Assembly: GCA_964016885.1 (NCBI GenBank) | Contig: OZ024759.1 | Span: 31,682,001-31,746,000 of the forward strand | DNA length: 64,000 nt | Source of the DNA: Eledone cirrhosa | Lineage: Eukaryota | Direction of reading: 5' to 3' | In this document: in pieces, positions 63,353-64,000 of the stretch | Position numbering within the stretch: the first letter of the stretch is position 1 | How the letters are laid out: every line of letters starts with the position of its first letter | Program-made: the position numbers and the translations under genes | Notes under the pieces: generated by a model | Databases searched by the model: none | Told to the model about the DNA's origin: nothing | Seen by the model: only the letters and a program-made list of their open reading frames with translations

Positions 63353-63769
63353 AAATACACATAAATTTCACTTTGATTCAATCTATTAAAGGGAATGTAG
63401 AGTTTAACTATTTTTGTTTTTTGTTGTTGTTTCAGGCCCCAAAACAGAGGATAAAATGATATTTAAGGGGCTGATTTCTTGCCAATTTCTAAAGGGTTCA
63501 CCGTTTTTTTCAAAACCTTCATCAATCCCATGTTGTTAAAGAATTCTTCCTTCCTGCTAGTTTTAAATAAATGTCCCATAAACTAATATTGAAATAAAGA
63601 ACACACACACACACGCACACGCACACGCACACCTACCTACCTACCACACTTAATAACATATTGTTTAATTAACTTGTTGGATTGTGGAAGGGACTTAGTA
63701 TGTATGTGTGACATCAGAACGAGTATCCTCCACCTCCAACTAACACTCGCTCTATCTACCTACCTATCT

Positions 63770-64000
63770 ACCAATCTCTCTATCTATCTATCTATCTACC
63801 TGCCTACCTACCTACCTACCTAACTAATCTATCTACCTACCTCCCTACCTACCTACCTACCTACCTACCTACCTCCCTACCTACCTGCCTGCCTATCTAC
63901 CTACCTATCTACCTACCTATCTATCTACCAACCTATCTATCTACCTACCTACCTACCTACCTACCTCCCTCCCTCCCTATCTATCTATCTACCTATCTAT
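63770..64000. repeat. (CTAC/CTAT)n tetranucleotide repeat
   Basis: Seen directly. Confidence 0.9.

Overview
AT-rich, microsatellite-dense eukaryotic (animal) genomic DNA. The SINE/MITE/(TA)n landscape resembles a coleoid cephalopod (octopus-like); this is an inference. Three spliced + strand genes can be assembled by hand with GT-AG sites and consistent phases. (1) 25722-40550: a ~2280-aa protein with a ~1900-aa low-complexity N-terminus (one 5.8-kb exon) and an intact C-terminal CCR4/Nocturnin/Angel/PDE12-type EEP nuclease domain. (2) <43546-50719: deoxyribonuclease II, with its 5' end lost in an N-gap. (3) 54804-61495: an ARL14EP (C11orf46)-like gene whose first coding exon carries an H3K9-like peptide (KDTARKST) and a CENP-B/pogo-type helix-turn-helix. 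The rest is SINEs, TTAA-flanked piggyBac-like MITEs, RTE/CR1/R4 LINE fragments, a decayed mariner, minisatellites and very long microsatellites. The most notable signals are the HTH + H3K9-mimic + ARL14EP architecture, several type I hammerhead ribozyme motifs from at least three sequence families (Penelope/retrozyme-like), and many near-perfect local inverted duplications. Repeat boundaries are approximate.
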